Assembly: GCF_009914755.1 (NCBI RefSeq)
Contig: NC_060927.1
Strand: one strand, 5' to 3'
Source: the human T2T-CHM13v2.0 reference genome, Homo sapiens
DNA: 64,000 bases
Position 1 is the stretch's first letter. Each line of letters opens with the position of its first letter. The position numbers and the translations under genes are program-made. This document shows positions 59,347 through 64,000 of the stretch, piece after piece. Under the pieces are notes generated by a model that searched no databases, was not told the DNA's origin, and saw only the letters and a list, made by a program, of their open reading frames with translations.

Positions 59347-60100
59347 AGAGTACAACTCTTCCTAGTTTATCTCTCCTTGAAGTTAATACATCTCAGCGTT
59401 AAGGTCTAATTTTAGCTATGGAAGGACAAACCAAACAAACAAAACACTAAAAAAACCTTTGGGTTACTATTTCAAAATGCTAGCCTACTGTGGATACTTA
59501 GTTTATGTAAATCAGAGGTTTTATGGGTCCTCCCTTCTCTTCTTGGGTGGGAGTGGATTCTCATAATTCACTAGGTAGTTAGCAGTGTAAACTTAAATGT
59601 CTCTTCATTTATCCTCCACAAATGTTCCTCTGGGGTATGGGTTTCTCCACAGATGCTCTTTGGGACTGCTTTTTGGTGCTGTTGATTAACATTTGGATTT
59701 GCAAGTCATCATAGACCTAGTGGCTTTTCTTTCGTGGGCATTTTGGAGTGCATGGATGGAGCAGAGCTTCTCCATTTTTGCACCTTGTCATGCAGCCTCT
59801 GAAAGGCTAATGCACAAAACTGCAAGTATGTACGGTGGGAGAAGTTGCATGAGGATATTACAACATAGAAGGGAAAGAAAGCTCCAGACAGTTTGAACTC
59901 TCTTTTGAACTGGCTCTCCGAGGTCTTTACAGATGCGTCTTGATAAGAGGGGCACTCCCATGGTTACTTCCTCCTTTCCCGACCTGTTTTGTTGTTTATA
60001 TACTTCATCCACCCCTTCAAGTTTCCCTGTCTGAAATTGGCCCCATCTGCCTCTTGAAAGATGCTGACCTTCCTGACAGGTGGAGCTATTAAATGTGTCT

Positions 60101-60430
60101 GGCTGGGCACAGTGGCTCACGCCTGTAATCCCAGCATTTTGGGAGGCCAAGGCAGGCAGATCACCTGAGGTCAGGAGTTCGAGACCAACCTGGCCAATAT
60201 GGTGAAACCCCATCTCTACTAAAATACAAAAAATTAGCCAGGCATGGTGGCGTGTGCCTGTAGTCCCAGCTAGTCGGCTGAGGCATGAGTATCACTTGAA
60301 GCCAGGAGGCAGAGGTTGCAGTGAGCCAAGATCGTGCCACTGCACTCCAGCCTGAGCAACAGAGTGAGACTCCGTCTCAAAAAAACAAAACAAAACAAAA
60401 CAAAAAAAGCAAAGCAAAACAAAACAAAAA
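60101..60430 (+). mobile_element. AluSx-like with (AAAAC)n tail
   Basis: GATCACCTGAGGTCAGGAGTTCGAGACC; patterned A tail 60379-60430. Confidence 0.93.
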
Positions 60431-60649
60431 GTCTGTATCTTTCCTGAGTCCCACAGTCTCAATGGTGCTCCCAGCATTGGGTAAGTCATCCTATATGTTT
60501 GCAAATTTGCAGTCTCCAGGCTCCAGTTCCCTGAAGGAAAGTTAAAGTGAATCCTTCAATTTTATGATCCTTCCCCCACCCCCCACCTCCCACTGGTGTT
60601 TTCACTGTTACACAAACTCCTAAGAAAGCTCATCTTAGAAATACAAACA

Positions 60650-60916
60650 TTTTAAAATAATAAATGTAATTGTGTATATTTAAGGTATACAATATGATGT
60701 TATGGAATACATATACCATAGATAGTAAAATGGCTGCTATAGTGACTCAATTTAACATGTCCATTTTCTCATATAGTTACCTAATTTTTTTTGTTTTTGT
60801 GTCAAGAGCAGCTAAAATCTATTCATTTAGCAAGAATACCAAATACAGTATAATGTTATTAACAATAGCCCTCAAGTTGTATATTAGATCTGTAGACTTG
60901 TTCATCCTACGTATCT
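60650..60916 (-). mobile_element. L1MA (MA8/MA9-like) 3' end fragment
   Basis: AATTGTGTATATTTAAGGTATACAATATGATGTT...GTTGTATATTAGATCTGTAGACTTGTTCATCCTAC. Confidence 0.8.
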
Positions 60917-61544
60917 AAACTGTTTTTCCTATTTTACAGGTAGCATCATTTAAATCTAAATTGAGGAAAGAACATTCCTTCTGTTAGTAAAGCTAAGTGC
61001 TGCCAGTGAGTCGACAGCATTGTACACTGGAGCCCTTGGGGTCTGGCATCAGCCCAGAGACCTTAGTAGCTTTTAATGGTTGCATTCTCTGTTGAATGGG
61101 GAATGGCATGAGTCTTAATTCCTGGGATTCAGATTTTCCTCTGATGCAAAGGAAAGGGGTTGAAATTCCTGTCACCACATCTATATGGGAGTTCCTTTAA
61201 AGTCAAGCCAAAAGCTCATTTAATTAAAAAAAATTGCTTTTATTTCAACATAAAAGGTTTTTGACCTTAGGCAATTTATATTACTCCAAACGTAGTTTTG
61301 TTATTTAGCAACTGGCAATTATATAAGCTAGTCATTCTCCAAATATTGGGAAGCATTTAATATACAGCATTTTGTTTGTACCTCTAACTTAATCTTCACC
61401 TCATTCTACCTTGTGCTGTAATTACATAATTAGTCATGTATTAAGGATCTTTAATGAGACAATTTCTGCTAAGCATGGTGAGGGAAATATGTGATCTTCC
61501 CACCGTCCGGGAAGCATGTGCATACGGATGTATTTTTCTCTCTT

Positions 61545-61559
61545 CCACTAGGTGGCGAC
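61545..61559 (+). promoter_or_regulatory. CTCF core motif
   Basis: CCACTAGGTGGCG matches CCASYAGRKGGCR; four CpGs retained in 61504-61557. Confidence 0.65.
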
Positions 61560-62514
61560 ATCCTTGAAATGGGGGCCTTACTAATTATTGTATCTCCTAT
61601 AACATGTAGCACAAAACCTTGTTCATCATCAATATCCAAAATAATTCAGAGATTAGCCACAAGAACGGAGGATGAAAAAATCATTTTCACAAAATTTGCA
61701 AGCCTATTACTGAAGTACATATCATCATACACTGACCTTTCTCTCAAAATGATCAGAGAATAGTTCAGATCTTTGACTCCTCTAGTCCAATCATAGACCT
61801 TGACATTTTAACCAGGAACAAAAATTAGTGTGGCTTTTTTATCATGGCTTGTTGCTTGTAATCAAGTTTCAGTCATTGCTTCTGGTCAATCAGAATTATC
61901 ACCTCCCAGGACCTATAGGTGAGGGTTATTTTTTTTCAAAAGAAGTTCTCATAATTTCTTCAGTGTGTTTGTCTGCTTTTCTTTGTCTGGTATGATACTT
62001 TCCAGGCTGTGGATGCTTAACAAATGTTAAATGATAATTCTTTATTGACCTGACTGGGTTTTGGGAGCTCACAAAATTTTCAGGGAAGTGTTTTAAATGT
62101 TTTGTAATCTTTAGGATTTTAAAATAGAATTATGATGACCTTTCCAAAGCAAGAAAGCAGGAAGTTGCTGTAAGCTTAAGGCCAAGCAGTTAAAACTAAT
62201 ATGATTGGTCTCTTTTGGCTCATTAATTGCATCTAAGTGGATACAGAGAGCGGAAGCTTTTGTTAAATAACTGACACAGTTAATTCCAATTCGTAATATG
62301 TTCTGGGAATGGTATTATAATAAAACACAAAATGGCCTCCATGGTTTAAAATGGAGTGCAAAGTCAAGCAAATGCTGCATGGAGAGCCAAACTAATAACT
62401 CAGATTCTCCCCATATCCTCAGTGTCAGTGTAGATGCCAATTATGACGCTTATAAGCTTACGGTGGCTTCATTACTGCCAAGACCATAGGAAAGGAGATC
62501 CTGTCAGTAGCCCT

Positions 62515-63017
62515 ATACCACAGGTATTTTCTATTGCTGCTGTAAAACAAAATGCCAAAAATGTAGTGACTTAAAACAACACAAATTTGTTATCCTACAG
62601 TTCTGGAAGTCAGAAGTCCCAAAGGGATCTTACTGGGCTAAAGTCAAAGTGTCAGTAGAGCTGTATTTCTTCTGGAGGCTCTAGGAAAGAATCTGTTTCC
62701 TTGCCTTTTCCAGTTTTTAGAGGCTTCTTACACTCTTCGGCTAATGGTATGATTCCTCCATCTCTAAGGTCAGCAGTATAGTATTTTCAAATCTGTCTCC
62801 TACTCTGACATCCCTGCCTCCTTCTTGTAGGGACCCTTATGACTGCCTTTGGCCCGACTGGATAATCTTCTGCTCTCAATATTCCTAACTTAAATTACAT
62901 CTGCAGAGGCAAGGTTTCTTTTGCCATGTAAAGCAACATATTCACAGGTTTCAAGGATTAGAGCTTGGACATCTTTGATGGTGGGTGGGGGAAGAGGTCA
63001 TTATTTTGCTTGTCATG
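62515..63017 (-). mobile_element. MLT1D-like MaLR LTR
   Basis: ATTGCTGCTGTAA...AAACAACACAAATTT...ACTGGGCTAAAGTCAAAGTGTCAG...CATATTCACAGGTTTC. Confidence 0.85.
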
Positions 63018-64000
63018 TATTAAAAATAAAATTTCAAAGTATTTTAAAGAATAATTTTATATTATGATAATTTTCCAAGATGTAAGAGCAGATTATTGTT
63101 TCAATATAAAAATGATGAAATTAAAAATTGAGCAAACATGATGATCTGTGTTGTGGAAAAACAGGGTTTCCAATTGTCCTGGATTTTAATCATCTCAGTG
63201 CTGTGTATTTACTGTGTATATTTTCTGAGATAATGAGCTATAATGCCTGCCTCATAAGATTCTTTGGAAAGCCTTATGCTGTTTTTTGCATTGACACCTA
63301 GCATGGTAATTCTTCATTAACATTAAGGGAGAACTGAAGTTTTAACCATTAATTCTCAGTCAATATATTGTCTGATAAGTACTTGAGTTGGTCAGTAAGT
63401 GACATCCATACTAGCATTTGGGATGGCCTTGGTGTGGCCCTGAGAAGTAGGATGCACAAATGTTCTATGCATACTATCTCTTATTTACTAGGATAAGATA
63501 GGCCAGTGAAAAAACAATATTCCATTTGACTAACTCCACTACTTGCTGGAAAGCTGTAGTTTCAAAGCCTTGATCAGAAAGAAATGCAAAGCTGAATGTT
63601 TAATATCAGAGAGTATCAGGTCTATGATCTCACAGGTTAGTGACTGAACATTAATCATGTTAATATCTTCAATTAAATAGATTCTGTTGAAAAAGTAGAA
63701 TGAATGAGAGCCAATATGGTGTTTTAGTCAGTTAATAAATAGATTGTTGTTATATCCAGGACAAAATGGATGAAAATTGAATTCCACATGATAAAATATT
63801 ATTAGTTTTAACCTTAAGATAGATTATCAAGTACTTGCTGTCAAAAATTCTTTTACATCTAATTTTTCCTCTCTTGGTTTTGCCTGTATAAATAAATAGA
63901 TTCCATTTCCTCTGTATTCCATTAGAATTTATCTAAAGTCTGAAGTCCTGATCTAATACTGTAATTTTATCTGTCATTTGATGTCGAGTTATTAAAATTT

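Overview
This is AT-rich, CpG-depleted primate (very probably human) genomic DNA, intronic or intergenic. I recognise no host protein-coding exon, RNA gene or CRISPR array. The only ORF-track hits with a recognisable product come from a full-length but dead L1PA4-like LINE-1 (29225-35376, 14-bp TSD); the rest are Alu/THE1 read-throughs or chance ORFs. Other repeats: eight full-length Alus, two monomeric Alu fragments, four THE1 solo LTRs, several MLT1 LTRs, two ERV1 LTRs with 4-bp TSDs, hAT DNA-transposon fossils, old L1M, L2 and MIR fragments, and microsatellites. Subfamily names are from remembered consensus sequences and need RepeatMasker/Dfam confirmation. The most interesting unexplained signals are: (1) a minus-strand splicing module at 15.5-16.0 kb, with a recursive-splice-like site (poly-Y CAG|GTAAGG), two micro-exon donors and a 75-nt candidate exon, bracketed by inverted Alus; (2) a 30-bp patch apparently copied from a MIR at 26.3 kb into a MER30 at 36.9 kb; (3) a perfect 82-bp tandem duplication inside an AluY; (4) an AT-rich palindrome with a triplicated arm at 1.5 kb; (5) a strong CTCF motif at 61.5 kb. 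All functional claims are inferences from sequence alone.
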